Source: Corallococcus coralloides DSM 2259
GTDB taxonomy: Bacteria > Myxococcota > Myxococcia > Myxococcales > Myxococcaceae
Reading direction: 5' to 3'
Assembly: GCF_000255295.1 (NCBI RefSeq)
Contig: NC_017030.1
Location: forward strand, 6,230,328-6,294,327
DNA length: 64,000 nucleotides
The position numbers and the translations under genes are program-made. The notes beneath the pieces were generated by a model. That model had not been told where the DNA came from. It ran no database searches and saw only the letters and a list, made by a program, of their open reading frames with translations. Shown piece after piece: positions 8,579 to 19,731 of this stretch (position 1 is the stretch's first letter; each line of letters opens with the position of its first letter).

Positions 8579-10676
8579 TCAGGCCGCGGCGGTTTCGGCC
8601 TGGATCTTGGAAAAGTCCGCCACCTGGTTGAACAGGGCGCCAATCTCCGTGAGGAACCGGATGCGGTTCTCCCGCAGGTCCTTGTCCTCGGCCATCACCA
8701 TCACCTTGTCGAAGAAGGTGTCCACGGCGGGCTTCAGGCCGGTGATCTCCTTGAGCGCGCCGGCGAAGTCGTCCGCGCGCACGTGCTCGCCCACCCTGGC
8801 GCGCGCCTGGGTGAAGGCGGTGTGGAGGTTCTTCTCCGGCTCGTCGGTGAAGCGCTGCGGGTTGGTCTGTCCGCCCGCCACGTCCTTGCCCTGCTTCTCC
8901 ACGATGTTGACCACGCGCTTGAACGCCGCCGCCAGCGGCTGGAAGTCCGAGTGGCCCACGAGCACGCTCAGGGCCTCCAGGCGCTTCTTCGCCGCGACCA
9001 GGTCGTCGAAGCCCACGGCCAGCACCGCCTCCACGACGTCCGTGCGGTGCTGCTCGACCCACAGCGCCTTGAGGCGGCCGCGGAAGAACTCCATCACCTG
9101 CTCGCGCGGGGCCGCTTCACCCGGCTTGCGCTTCACGTTGGCCAGCTTGGGGGCCAGGAGGCGCAGCGCTTCATCCACCGCCGCGGACAGGCTGAAGCGG
9201 TACCCGCGCCCCAGCACGATGCGGATGATGGAGAGGCATGCGCGGCGCAGCGCGAACGGATCCGCCGCGCCGGACGGCGCCTTGCCGATGGCGAAGATGC
9301 CGCACAGCGAGTCCAGCCGGTCCGCCAGGCCGATGAGCGCGCCCGCGTCCTGGGACGGCAGCGCGTCCTCGGCGCCGCGGGGCAGGTAGTGCTCGAAGAT
9401 GGCCAGCGCCACCGCGTCGGGCTCGCCGCCCGCTCTCGCGTACTCGCGGCCCATCACGCCCTGGAGCTCCGGGAACTCGCCCACCATGCCGGTGACGAGG
9501 TCCGCCTTGGACAGCGTGGCGGCGCGCTCCACCGTGGCCGCCTCCCCTGCCCTGCCCGTGGCCTGGGCCAGCCAGCCCGCCAGCGCGCGGAAGCGCTCCA
9601 CCTTCTCCAGGTACGTGCCCAGCTGGCCCTGCCACACCACGCGGCCCAGCTTCTCCACGCGGTCCGCCAGCGGCGTGCGGCGGTCCTCATCGAAGAAGAA
9701 GCGCCCGTCCGCGAGCCGCGCCGCCAGCACGCGCTGGTAGCCGCGCAGGGACAGCTGCTCGTCGCGCACCGGCGTGTTGGACACGGCGATGAAGCGCGGC
9801 AGCAGCTTCCCCTTGGCGTCCGTCAGCGAGAAGTAGCGCTGGTGGCTCTTCATCTCCTGCACCAGGACTTCCGGCGGCAGGTCCAGGTGGCGCTCCTCGA
9901 AGCTGCCCACCACGGGGCTCGGCAGCTCCACCAGGTTCGTCACCTGGTCCACCAGTCCCTCGTCCTCCAGCAGCTGCGCGCCCGCCGCCTTCGCCGCGGC
10001 GTTCACCTTGCGCAGCAGCTCCGCGCGGCGCTTCGCGATGTCCGCCACCACGTGCGCCTTCTCCAGCGCGGCCTCGTAGTCCGCGGGCGCCTTCAGGGTG
10101 ATGGCGCCCGGCGCGAGGAAGCGGTGGCCATAGGTCGTCCGGCCCGCCTTCACGTCGCCCAGCACCACCGGCAGCTCCGTGTCGCCCAGGAGCGCCACCA
10201 GCCACTGCACCGGGCGCGCGAAGGCCGTGTCCACGTCGCCCCAGCGCATGGACTTCTTGAAGCTGATGCCGTGCACCGCCGCGTGCAGCGCGTCCTGGAG
10301 GATGGCCTCCGCCGGACGGCCCTTCTCCTCCACGCGCGCGGAGACGTACTCGCCCTTGGCCGTGGTGGTGCGCCCGAGCGCGTCCACGGACAGCTTGAGG
10401 CTTTCGGCGAACTTCTCCGCCGCCTTGGTGGGCTTGCCCTGCGCGTCGAAGGCGGCCTTGGCGCTGGGGCCCAGCACCTCCTTCGTGATGTCCTCGCCCG
10501 CGTCCGCCACGTCGCGGACCTGGACGGCCAGCCGGCGCGGCGTGCCGAACGTGCGCACCTCGCCGTGCTTCAGGCGGGCGTCGGCCATGCGCTCGGTGAG
10601 CACGCGCTTCAGGTCCTCCAGCGCGGGGATGATGAACGACGCCGGGATCTCCTCGGCACCGACCTCCAGCAGAAGA

Positions 10677-10687
<11 letters not shown>
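8579..10687 (-). CDS. glyS: Glycyl-tRNA synthetase beta subunit.
   Basis: 702 aa with the conserved GlyS N-terminus [19 protein letters not shown]. Overlaps glyQ by 11 nt. Confidence 0.93.
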
Positions 10688-11669
<982 letters not shown>

Positions 11670-11758
11670 GATGGCGAGTCCTTCTCGCAGTGCGTCGAAG
11701 GCGAAGGCGGAACGCGGCGGACCCTAGTGAGGGGGTCCAGGAGCGTCAAGGACGGCGG

Positions 11759-14020
11759 TCAGTTCGAGTAGGCCGGGAGGTCGGCCAGTCGAATCTGCAG
11801 CTTCGTCACTTCGCCGGGACGGATGGGAGCGGACAACAGCTTGCTCGTACCGCCGGGGTCCTGCGGGTCCACCACGCGCAAACGGTACGTCCCGATGGGC
11901 AGGGGGAACTTGATCAACGGGGACGTGCCCAGCTGCGTGGCGCCGTCGAACACGGCCGCGTTCTTCGGCACGGTGTAGAGCGTCAGCCACCCCAGGCCCG
12001 CCTTCGCCGCCCCCTTCGAGGTGGTCGTGTCGAGCACCTCCGGGTTCTCCACCTGCGTGACGGTGGTGACGGGCTCCGGGGGCTGCTCCGAGGGCTCGGG
12101 CTTCGCGGGGCGCGTTTCCACCTTCGCCACCGCGGGCGCGTCCGTCGTGGCGGCGGGCTTCGTCTTGCGTCCGCCCTTGCCGGCGGGGGCCTTCTTCGTG
12201 TCCGCGGCAGTCGCGACCACCACCGGTTCGGGCGCGGGCGGCTCCGCCACCGGCTCGGGCTCGGGGGTCGTCTTCTGGACGAAGCCCGGCGGAGGACCGG
12301 AGGGCTTCGGCGGCCACTGTCCGTTCGCGGCGGGGTCCACGGGCGGAGCCGGATCCAGCTCCGCCTTCACCCACTGCTTCGCGGAGTCGAACGCCGGCAT
12401 GAACACGCGGCGCACGGGTTCGAGCGTCGCCAGCCAGGCCACGCCGCCCAGGAGGAGGAGCAGGAACAACCGCATGCCCCAGCCGGAGCCCTCTCGGGCG
12501 GGCGGGGCCACGGGGGGCGCTTCAATGGACTCCTCTTCCTCCACCTGGCGTGAGGGCCGCGTCGTGCCGCGCACCGGACGGGTCTTGAAGCGCTGGGTCT
12601 GGAGCTCGCTGGGCGGATCCATCAGCCCATCGGACTCGGCCGCGTCGCGGGCCTCGGTGGGCTCGGGCCGCGCGCTGGGACGGGCCCGCGAGGGCCGCAC
12701 GGCGTCAGCGGGAGGACGGATGACCCGGGGAACGGGCGTCCCGTCCGGACCCGAGGGCCGCTGCGCTCGCGGCGTCACGGCGGGCGTGTTGAGGCGAGAG
12801 GCGCGGGCCTCCACGGCTTCATTGGCGGGACGCGGAGTCGCGCGGGGCGCGGGCGCCGAGGACTCGGCCGCGGCGCGACGGACGGGCGTGGGCTTGAAGG
12901 ACGCCGCGACGTCCGCGGGCGGGGCCTCCGCGTGCGGCGACTTCACCTGCGCGGTGGCCGCGGAGGCGGACTGATCACTGCCCTCCTCCACCTGGAGCGC
13001 CCCGGCGGCCTCGCTGACGCGGGCGTCCTCGGCGCGGCTGGCCAGCTCCAGGAGCGTGCGCGTCTTCTGGCGCTTCTCCTCGAAGAGCTCGCCCATGACG
13101 GCGGTCATCTGGTCTTCGTCGAACAGCTCGGAGCCCAGCGTGGCCTCGATGGCGCGCGCCATCTCCCGGCAGGTGCCGAAGCGCTGGGTGGTGTCGCGCG
13201 ACAGGGCCTTGAGCACCACGGCTTCCAGCGCCTCCGGCACGGCCGCGTTGAGCGAGCGCGGCGCGGGGATGTCCCCGTCCACGATCTGCATCATCACGGC
13301 GGCTTCGCCGGGGGCGTTGAACAGGCGCTGTCCGGCCAGCAGCTCGTGGAGCATCACGCCCGTGGAGAACTGGTCGCTGCGGCCATCCAGGTCCTTGTTG
13401 CGCACCTGCTCTGGGGACATGTACCCGCTGGTCCCCTTCACGGTGCCCACCTGCGTGCGGCCCAGCTTGCCGCGCGCCTTGGCGATGCCGAAATCGATCA
13501 CCTTCACGACGCCGTCGTAGGTGATCATCACGTTCTTCGGGGACACGTCGCGGTGCACCACCGCCACGGGGCGGCCCGACGGATCCATGAAGTGGTGGGC
13601 GTAGTGCAGACCCAGGCACGTGTCGCGAATCACGCGCGCGCTGAAGCCCAGCGGCAGCGCGTACTTGCGCCGCTCCGCCATCTTCACCACCTGCTCGAGG
13701 TTCTGGCCGGGCAGGAACTCCATGGCGAGGTACAGCTCGCCGTCCTCCTCCCCCAGGTCGAACACCTGTCCGATGTTCGCGTGCGAGAAGGCCGCGGTGA
13801 TGCGCGCCTCGTCGAGGAACATCTTGACGAACTGGTCGTCCTTCTTGATGTCGGGGAGGATCTGCTTCACCGCCACGAACTTGCGGAAGCCACCGGGGCC
13901 GGAGGTGTACGCGAGGAACAGCTCCGCCATCCCGCCCATCGAGAGTCGGGTGAGGATCTCGTACTTTCCAATGCGCCGCCCCCGGTCGGGATCGTCTCCG
14001 GCGACTCCCTGCGTGCTCAT
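11759..14020 (-). CDS. Membrane Ser/Thr protein kinase with a C-terminal PEGA-like domain.
   Basis: 753 aa. Hanks kinase motifs (VAVK, HRDVSPKNV, DFGIAK, SGYMSPE) are followed by a Pro/Ala-rich linker, a TM segment LFLLLLLGGVAWLA, and a C-terminal beta domain (YTVPKNAAVFDG...GTYRLRVV). Confidence 0.85.
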   Translation of the reverse strand: MSTQGVAGDDPDRGRRIGKYEILTRLSMGGMAELFLAYTSGPGGFRKFVAVKQILPDIKKDDQFVKMFLDEARITAAFSHANIGQVFDLGEEDGELYLAMEFLPGQNLEQVVKMAERRKYALPLGFSARVIRDTCLGLHYAHHFMDPSGRPVAVVHRDVSPKNVMITYDGVVKVIDFGIAKARGKLGRTQVGTVKGTSGYMSPEQVRNKDLDGRSDQFSTGVMLHELLAGQRLFNAPGEAAVMMQIVDGDIPAPRSLNAAVPEALEAVVLKALSRDTTQRFGTCREMARAIEATLGSELFDEDQMTAVMGELFEEKRQKTRTLLELASRAEDARVSEAAGALQVEEGSDQSASAATAQVKSPHAEAPPADVAASFKPTPVRRAAAESSAPAPRATPRPANEAVEARASRLNTPAVTPRAQRPSGPDGTPVPRVIRPPADAVRPSRARPSARPEPTEARDAAESDGLMDPPSELQTQRFKTRPVRGTTRPSRQVEEEESIEAPPVAPPAREGSGWGMRLFLLLLLGGVAWLATLEPVRRVFMPAFDSAKQWVKAELDPAPPVDPAANGQWPPKPSGPPPGFVQKTTPEPEPVAEPPAPEPVVVATAADTKKAPAGKGGRKTKPAATTDAPAVAKVETRPAKPEPSEQPPEPVTTVTQVENPEVLDTTTSKGAAKAGLGWLTLYTVPKNAAVFDGATQLGTSPLIKFPLPIGTYRLRVVDPQDPGGTSKLLSAPIRPGEVTKLQIRLADLPAYSN

Positions 14021-14110
14021 GCGGGGGCGGATGTTACCCGCCGAACCCTTCCAGGTCGATGACCGTCTTTCCAGACGGCCCCCCGGCCTTCGAAGTCCGG
14101 TGAAAGCGGA

Positions 14111-14899
14111 TTAGGCGCCGAACCGCCGTCGCCGCACGTCGAGCATCCAGCCCTCAAGCGCGGCCACGGCCGGCGGTTGTGGCTCCAGAGGCAACACGGA
14201 GGCCGCGTCCGCCGCGTCGAGCACCGAGAAGGCGCGCGTCACCTCCTGCCGCCACTGCTCGCTGAGTTCTTCGGTCAGCTCGATGCGCTCACCGCTCCGC
14301 TTGCGCTCCACCAGCGCACGGGCTTCGCCAAAGCCATACGGCTCCAGCAGGACGGTGACGTCCGTCTCCATCTCGCCCGTGCGCAGCGCATGCGTTCCGG
14401 TGAGCGTGGTGCGCAGCACGTACAGCAACTTCTTCACGGAGCGGAATCCGCTCTTCTCCCACTCGCGCAACTGCCCCTGCGCGAAGCCGCGGTAGTGCCG
14501 GTGGATGCGCCGCGACAGCACGGCCCGCACCAGCGGCCGCAGCGCCTCCAGCTCCGGCAGGGCCCGCACGGTGATGGCCCCCAGCACCCGCTCGATGTAG
14601 TTGCCGTTGCCCTGGAGGATGCCCAGCAGCACGGGCTGCAGCTCATTGGACGAGTAGTCCACCTCCACGCCCTCCAGCACCTCCAGCCGTTCCGCCGGCA
14701 CGTGCCGGGGCTGGAGGCCGAGGAGCGCGGCGGTGGGCGCGATGTGGATGGCCTTGAGGTCCAGGTCGCTGTCATGCGACGGGAAGCCGTACGCATGCGC
14801 GCCGGACAGCGAGATGACCAGGTGCTCGCGCTGGAGGGACTCCTCGTCCAGCACGCGGTCCACCATGCGCTCCTGATGCTCCGTCACCCTGCCCTTCAT
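14111..14899 (-). CDS. Predicted nucleotidyltransferase (Pol-beta superfamily, PF10127-like), short paralogue.
   Basis: 262 aa with the minimal NTase motif SLSGAHAYGFPSHDSDLDLKAIH (GS-x9-DxD). The C-terminal helical region is shared with the upstream paralogue. A 4-nt overlap with the upstream gene indicates translational coupling. Confidence 0.65.
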   Translation of the reverse strand: MKGRVTEHQERMVDRVLDEESLQREHLVISLSGAHAYGFPSHDSDLDLKAIHIAPTAALLGLQPRHVPAERLEVLEGVEVDYSSNELQPVLLGILQGNGNYIERVLGAITVRALPELEALRPLVRAVLSRRIHRHYRGFAQGQLREWEKSGFRSVKKLLYVLRTTLTGTHALRTGEMETDVTVLLEPYGFGEARALVERKRSGERIELTEELSEQWRQEVTRAFSVLDAADAASVLPLEPQPPAVAALEGWMLDVRRRRFGA

Positions 14900-16185
14900 T
14901 CCGTCCCTCCTTCCAGCGCCGGAGCCTCCGGCGCGTCACGGCCCAGCGGGCCGGGCGTCTTCAAGACCCAGCGCCGCGCCACCTCGTCACCCACGCGACG
15001 CAGCAGCCGGTCCGCGCGGGCGTAATCCGGATGCTCCGGCAACCGGCTCTCGCGGTGCGCGGCCTCCAACGCCGGAGCCATCGCCTCGGCGTCGCGCAGC
15101 ACGTCCTCCAGTGGCACCTGGCCACCCTTGATGTCGAGCAGCCGCGCCTTCAACGCCCCCGTCGCCTCGAAGCCAGGCACCCCGTCGCGCAGCCAGCCCG
15201 TGGCCAGCGCCACCAGCCGCAGCAGGTTGTACGCGTTCTTCGGCCGCAGCTCCCGAGCGGACGGAGGACGCTGACCGCCGCCGCGCGCATACGCCGTGAG
15301 CGCCGCGAAGTCGTTCGACGCGAGCAGCCCCTGGTCCCAGAGCGAGCGGTAGAGCTGCTTGACGTACGTCTTCGCCGCGAGCACCGCGTCCTCGGCCGTG
15401 GGCGCGGCGCGGGGCGACACTGCGGCCAGGCGGCGGGCGACCTCGTCCAGGTCCGGCGTGGGCTCCTCGCACAACCACGCGAGGAGCAGGTCGCGGTGCT
15501 CCGCCAGCCGCTGGCTGCGGGTGAGCTTGTCGAGCTGGCTCATGGCGTAGCGCCCGAAGCTGCCGAAGATGGCCTTGGAGACGAACGCCTCGCGCGCCTC
15601 CAGCACCCACGTGCCCAGCTCGTCCACCGCCGTCGCGCCGGGGACGAAGAGGGTCTCCAGCGTGTTCGGATCCGCGCGCAGCGCCTGCTCCACCGTCTTG
15701 CGGACCTCCCAGTACGTGGTGCTGCCATCCGCGCTCACCAGGTCCTGCGGCGGCTGCCCCAGGCCCAGCGTCCACGGAAGCGGCAGCGCGAACACACCGC
15801 GCACGTCCACGTCGGAGCGCTCATCCGCGAGCCCCCACGCATGACTGCCCACGCGCGTCTCCAGCACCACGCACGGCCGCAGCGCGCCCCAGGCCGCCTC
15901 GCGCCGCTGAGCGAACTGCACCTGTCCCGCGCGCCGGGGCACCAGCTCGTCGCGCGCGAACCACACCTCGCCCACGCCGACGATCTGCACGTCGAAGCCA
16001 CCGTCATGCGCGCGCACCACGCGGCCCACCACGCCCTGGGGGATGCGGCGTCCCCCGGACGCCACGCGTTCCACGCGGGTGGTGACCTCGGTGCCATGCG
16101 GCAGGGGCACCGACAGCCGGTCGATCTGCTCCAGCCCCCGGACGCGCGCCGGAGCGGAGGAAGAAGTCTCGCGGGTGTCACTCAT
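14896..16185 (-). CDS. Predicted nucleotidyltransferase (Pol-beta superfamily, PF10127-like), long paralogue with an extra N-terminal beta domain.
   Basis: Start chosen at MSDTRETSS (ATG at 16185, RBS GGAGGG). NTase motif VGSHAWGLADERSDVDVRGVF. The C-terminal region KNAYNLLRLVALATGWLRDG parallels the paralogue's KKLLYVLRTTLTGTHALRTG. Confidence 0.65.
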   Translation of the reverse strand: MSDTRETSSSAPARVRGLEQIDRLSVPLPHGTEVTTRVERVASGGRRIPQGVVGRVVRAHDGGFDVQIVGVGEVWFARDELVPRRAGQVQFAQRREAAWGALRPCVVLETRVGSHAWGLADERSDVDVRGVFALPLPWTLGLGQPPQDLVSADGSTTYWEVRKTVEQALRADPNTLETLFVPGATAVDELGTWVLEAREAFVSKAIFGSFGRYAMSQLDKLTRSQRLAEHRDLLLAWLCEEPTPDLDEVARRLAAVSPRAAPTAEDAVLAAKTYVKQLYRSLWDQGLLASNDFAALTAYARGGGQRPPSARELRPKNAYNLLRLVALATGWLRDGVPGFEATGALKARLLDIKGGQVPLEDVLRDAEAMAPALEAAHRESRLPEHPDYARADRLLRRVGDEVARRWVLKTPGPLGRDAPEAPALEGGTE

Positions 16186-16263
16186 CGGTCCCTCCTGGAT
16201 GGGATGGTGGGCCACGCAGGACGCAGCGAAGCACACGAGCCTGACCCGGCACGGGGCTTCCCG

Positions 16264-17277
16264 TCAGCGCGCGATGCGTCGCGTGGTGGGCCGAGCAGGC
16301 AGCAGCCCTTCCACTTCGGATGCCAGGGGGAGCGCCGCCACCGCGCCCAGCTTCGTCACCACCCGGGCCCCCACGCCCGCCGCGAAGGTCATCAGCGCGA
16401 CCAATTCCTCGCGGGTCGCGTCCTCCAGCGAGCGCGCGTCGCCGTACCAGCGCACCAGGCCGCTCAACATCGCGGACACGAAGCCGTCACCGGCCCCCGT
16501 CGTGTCCACCACCGCCACCTGGGGCGCGGGAACGGAGACGATTTCGCCCCGCCAGAGGAACACCGCACCGCGAGGGCCCAGCGTCACCACGGGCAGCCGC
16601 ACGCCCTGCACGGCCAGCACATGCAGGGCGGCCTCGGGCGAGTGCTCGCCGGTCGCGAAGTGGATCTCCTCCTCGGACAGCTTCACCACCGTGCACAGCG
16701 GGAGCATGCGCCCCAGGAGGACTCGCAGCTCCTCGGGCTGCGTCCACATGTGCAGCCGCAGGTTCGGATCACAGCTCACCAGCATCCCGGCCTCACGCGC
16801 CAGGGTGAGCATGCGCACCATCGCCTCGCGCGCCTCCGGCAGGAGCAGGGAGTTGGAGCCGCAGTGCAGCGCCTTCGCGCGCCGCACGAAGCCACCGTCC
16901 ACGTCGGAGTCGTCCAGCAGGAACTCCGCTGACCGCGTCCGGAAGTACGTGAAGCTGCGCTCGCCATGCGCGTCCAGCGAGACGAACAACAGGCCCGTGC
17001 GCGCATGGTCCACCTGGCGCAGGCGGCTTACGTCCACGCCGTCCGCCGCCAACCGGTCGCGCAGGAAGTGACCGAACTCGTCGGAGCCCACCACGCCCAC
17101 CATCGCCGAGCGCAGGCCCAACCGCGAGAGCCCCACGGAGACGTTGGCCGGTGAGCCCCCTGGCGATGGCTTCCAGGCCTCCACGTCCCGCACGCGAGTA
17201 GCGCCGCCGGCCACGGGAAGGAAGTCCACCAGCGTTTCGCCGACACACACCACGTCCAGCGGCCCGGCTTCGTACAT
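16264..17277 (-). CDS. PfkB-family carbohydrate kinase (ribokinase/fructokinase-like).
   Basis: 337 aa with a VVCVGETLVD N-terminus and the DTTGAGD anion-hole motif. Confidence 0.85.
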   Translation of the reverse strand: MYEAGPLDVVCVGETLVDFLPVAGGATRVRDVEAWKPSPGGSPANVSVGLSRLGLRSAMVGVVGSDEFGHFLRDRLAADGVDVSRLRQVDHARTGLLFVSLDAHGERSFTYFRTRSAEFLLDDSDVDGGFVRRAKALHCGSNSLLLPEAREAMVRMLTLAREAGMLVSCDPNLRLHMWTQPEELRVLLGRMLPLCTVVKLSEEEIHFATGEHSPEAALHVLAVQGVRLPVVTLGPRGAVFLWRGEIVSVPAPQVAVVDTTGAGDGFVSAMLSGLVRWYGDARSLEDATREELVALMTFAAGVGARVVTKLGAVAALPLASEVEGLLPARPTTRRIAR

Positions 17278-17309
17278 GACAGCTCCCCCTGGGGACCGCG
17301 TGCTGCCCG

Positions 17310-18044
17310 TCAGTCCAGGCCCACCTGCGCCATGAAGTCCACGCTCTTGAGCTTGCGGCCCACGTGGTGCGCGATGAAGACGTTGAGCAGGCCCCGAGCC
17401 CGCGCGCGGAGGTCCGCGGGCAGCGGCGTGCGCTGACCTTCCTGAAGCGAGCGCAGCCCGGCCAGCAACGCCACCGGCACCGGCACCGAGTCACGCGCGC
17501 GTCCGCCACACGGCTCGCACACCGCGCCACCGTGGCCCTGGTCGAACCGGGGCCGCTCGCCGGGCAGACCGCCACACAGCGCGCAGGAGTCGAACCGGGG
17601 CATCAACCCCGCCTGCGCCAGCGCCGCCAGCTCGAACGCGAGCAGCGACGTGGGCCCGGCCTCCTTCGCGTCCAGCCGGTGCAGGTAGCCCTCCACCAGC
17701 TCGAACAGCTCCGGGTGCGGTTCATGTTCGCGCGTGAGCTCGCGGCACAGCTCCACCGCGTACAGCGCCCGGGCAATCAGCGACAGGTCCTCGCGCGCGG
17801 CGTAGAAGCCCGCGACGATGTCCGCCGAATCGATCCGGACCGTGCTGCCGCGAGTCTCCACGAGCTGCACGCGCAACCGCATGAACGGCTCCAGCGCCCC
17901 CGCGAACCGGCGCTTGCTCTTGCGCGCACCCGCGGCGAACGCGGTCAGCTTGCCGTGCTCACGCGTGAGCAGCGTCACCAGCCGGTCGGACTCACCATAG
18001 TCGACCGTGGACAGCACGAACGCGTCGTCGGCGTACCGCTCCAT
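17310..18044 (-). CDS. recO: DNA repair protein RecO.
   Basis: 244 aa. An OB-fold N-terminus (AFVLSTVDYGESDRLVTLLTREHGKL) plus C-terminal Cys pairs CALCGG...CEPCGG (zinc motif). Confidence 0.85.
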   Translation of the reverse strand: MERYADDAFVLSTVDYGESDRLVTLLTREHGKLTAFAAGARKSKRRFAGALEPFMRLRVQLVETRGSTVRIDSADIVAGFYAAREDLSLIARALYAVELCRELTREHEPHPELFELVEGYLHRLDAKEAGPTSLLAFELAALAQAGLMPRFDSCALCGGLPGERPRFDQGHGGAVCEPCGGRARDSVPVPVALLAGLRSLQEGQRTPLPADLRARARGLLNVFIAHHVGRKLKSVDFMAQVGLD

Positions 18045-18053
18045 GATCCCTCT

Positions 18054-18440
18054 TCAACGCGCCGTGGGGGGCGGAAGCTTCCCGGACAGCACCAGGAACA
18101 GCCCCGCGCCCAGGAGCAGGACCGCCAGCAGCACGGCCAGGATGACGTACGCCCGCTTGCGCCGCGCCTTCTCGAGCTGCGCAGGCGAAGGCGCGGGCAC
18201 CGCCCGGTCCACCTCCTCGTAGCGCAGCGCCGCTTCCTCCGGCGACAGGCCGATGACCTGCGCGTACGCGCGGATGTAGTTCAGCACGAACACGCGCTCG
18301 GGCAGCCGCTCCACCTGCCCCGCCTCCAACGCCGCGACGAGGCTGGGGGGAATCTTCGTCTCCCGGGAGACGTCCTCGCGTGACAGGCCGCGAAGCTCGC
18401 GCTGCTGGCTGAGGTATTTGCCGAAGTCGACGTGGTCCAC
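18054..18440 (-). CDS. HTH (XRE-like) membrane-anchored protein, RodZ-like N-terminal module.
   Basis: 128 aa. HTH FGKYLSQQRELRGLSREDVSRETKIPPSLVAALE, then a single TM segment AYVILAVLLAVLLLGAGLFLVL. Confidence 0.65.
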   Translation of the reverse strand: MDHVDFGKYLSQQRELRGLSREDVSRETKIPPSLVAALEAGQVERLPERVFVLNYIRAYAQVIGLSPEEAALRYEEVDRAVPAPSPAQLEKARRKRAYVILAVLLAVLLLGAGLFLVLSGKLPPPTAR

Positions 18441-18461
18441 GGTCTTTCGGGGCCCCCGCGG

Positions 18462-19220
18462 CTAGAGGTGGTCCAGCAGTGAGCGGCAGTCGTCCTTGAG
18501 CACCTGCTCGTTGGGCTGGGCCTTGGCCTCGCAGCCCGCGAACGCCTTCTTCGCCTCGTCTACCCGCCCGAGCTTCGCCTGGCACACGCCTTCGCGGCGA
18601 TACGCATCCGCCACGTCCGGGCACTTCTCACGGTAATTCCCGAACTGCCGGCACGCCTCCTCCGTCTTGCCCGTCTCGTCGTAGATGATGCCCAGGTTCT
18701 TGTAGCCCAGGCAGAAGTCCGGGTTGGTGGTGACGGCGGCCTTGATGTTCTGCAGCGCGTTCGCCGTGTCGCCCTTCTTGTAGAGCGCCCAGCCCAGGTT
18801 CCCCTGCGCGGAGTAGCCGTGGCGGTACTGCATGTCGTTGAGCGACTCTTCGTACAGCTTGATGGCCTCGTCGTAGCGGCCCTGATCCAGGCGCAGGTTG
18901 CCCAGGTTGGTGCGCGCGTCGGAGAAGGACGGCCGCAGCGTCAGCGCCTTCTCGTAGTGGGACGCCGCCTCGTCGAGCCGACGGAAGGACAGGTGCAGCA
19001 GCACGCCCACCGCGTTGTGGGCCTCCGGGTTGTCCGGGTTCTGCTCCAGCGCCTTCTGGTACTCCTGGAGCGCGTCCTGCACGTGGCCGTGCTGCTGGGC
19101 CTGGATGCCCAGGTCGTAGTGGATCTCCGAGCTCTGGCGCTCTTTCTCCGTGGGGACGTGCGCACAGCCCGCCGACGCGAGCGCGAACGCGAGGAAGCAG
19201 GAGGAAGTGATGCGGGACAT
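18462..19220 (-). CDS. TPR-repeat lipoprotein.
   Basis: Start at MSRITSSCFLAFALASAGC (lipobox). Several TPR units (AHNAVGVLL, YEKALTLRP, AQGNLGWALYKKGD). Confidence 0.7.
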   Translation of the reverse strand: MSRITSSCFLAFALASAGCAHVPTEKERQSSEIHYDLGIQAQQHGHVQDALQEYQKALEQNPDNPEAHNAVGVLLHLSFRRLDEAASHYEKALTLRPSFSDARTNLGNLRLDQGRYDEAIKLYEESLNDMQYRHGYSAQGNLGWALYKKGDTANALQNIKAAVTTNPDFCLGYKNLGIIYDETGKTEEACRQFGNYREKCPDVADAYRREGVCQAKLGRVDEAKKAFAGCEAKAQPNEQVLKDDCRSLLDHL

Positions 19221-19243
19221 GGGTGCCAATCCAGGGTGGAGGG

Positions 19244-19708
19244 TCAGAACGCGGCCAGGAAGCGGCCCAGGGTGGTGGCGACGTTGCGCTTCTCTTCGGC
19301 CCGGGCCTTCACGGCGGGCACGAGCGTGGGCTCCCGGAAGAACACGGGCAGCGTCTTCAGCCACTCGTCCTGCTGCTCGGGGGCCGCGGCGCGCCAGTTC
19401 GCGTTGTCCATCATGAAGCCCAGCGACTCCACGAACGCGAGCGCGTCATCCTCGTCCTCGCGCAGCTCATCCGCGGACTGGATGCGCCGGCCGGACACGT
19501 ACACCGCGCAGTCCCCCGCCTCCACGAGGTACAGGTACACGAAGACGCCCGCGCCCTGCCCGCCGCGCAGCCCCACCACGAAGGCCTGCGCCGGCCCGGC
19601 CTGCTTGCCGGGGATGGCCACGTGCGGCGTGTTGAGGGCCAGGTGCAGCGCGAGCACCTGGTCGCGGTTGGCGGGAAGGCCCCGGTAGCGCTCGTCAATG
19701 GTGAACAC
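19244..19708 (-). CDS. Hypothetical protein.
   Basis: 154 aa ORF, protein-like and non-repetitive, co-oriented with its neighbours. The opposing plus-strand ORF is R/G/H-rich and looks spurious. Confidence 0.5.
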   Translation of the reverse strand: MFTIDERYRGLPANRDQVLALHLALNTPHVAIPGKQAGPAQAFVVGLRGGQGAGVFVYLYLVEAGDCAVYVSGRRIQSADELREDEDDALAFVESLGFMMDNANWRAAAPEQQDEWLKTLPVFFREPTLVPAVKARAEEKRNVATTLGRFLAAF

Positions 19709-19731
19709 CGTCGTCTCCCTTCCCGCGCACC

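Noticed and set aside
16185-16236. Longer N-terminal extension of the 429-aa NTase (MCFAASCVAHHPIQEGP...).
   Set aside because: The internal ATG at 16185 has a strong GGAGGG RBS. The extension is hydrophobic, Cys-rich and of odd composition, so it is more probably untranslated leader.
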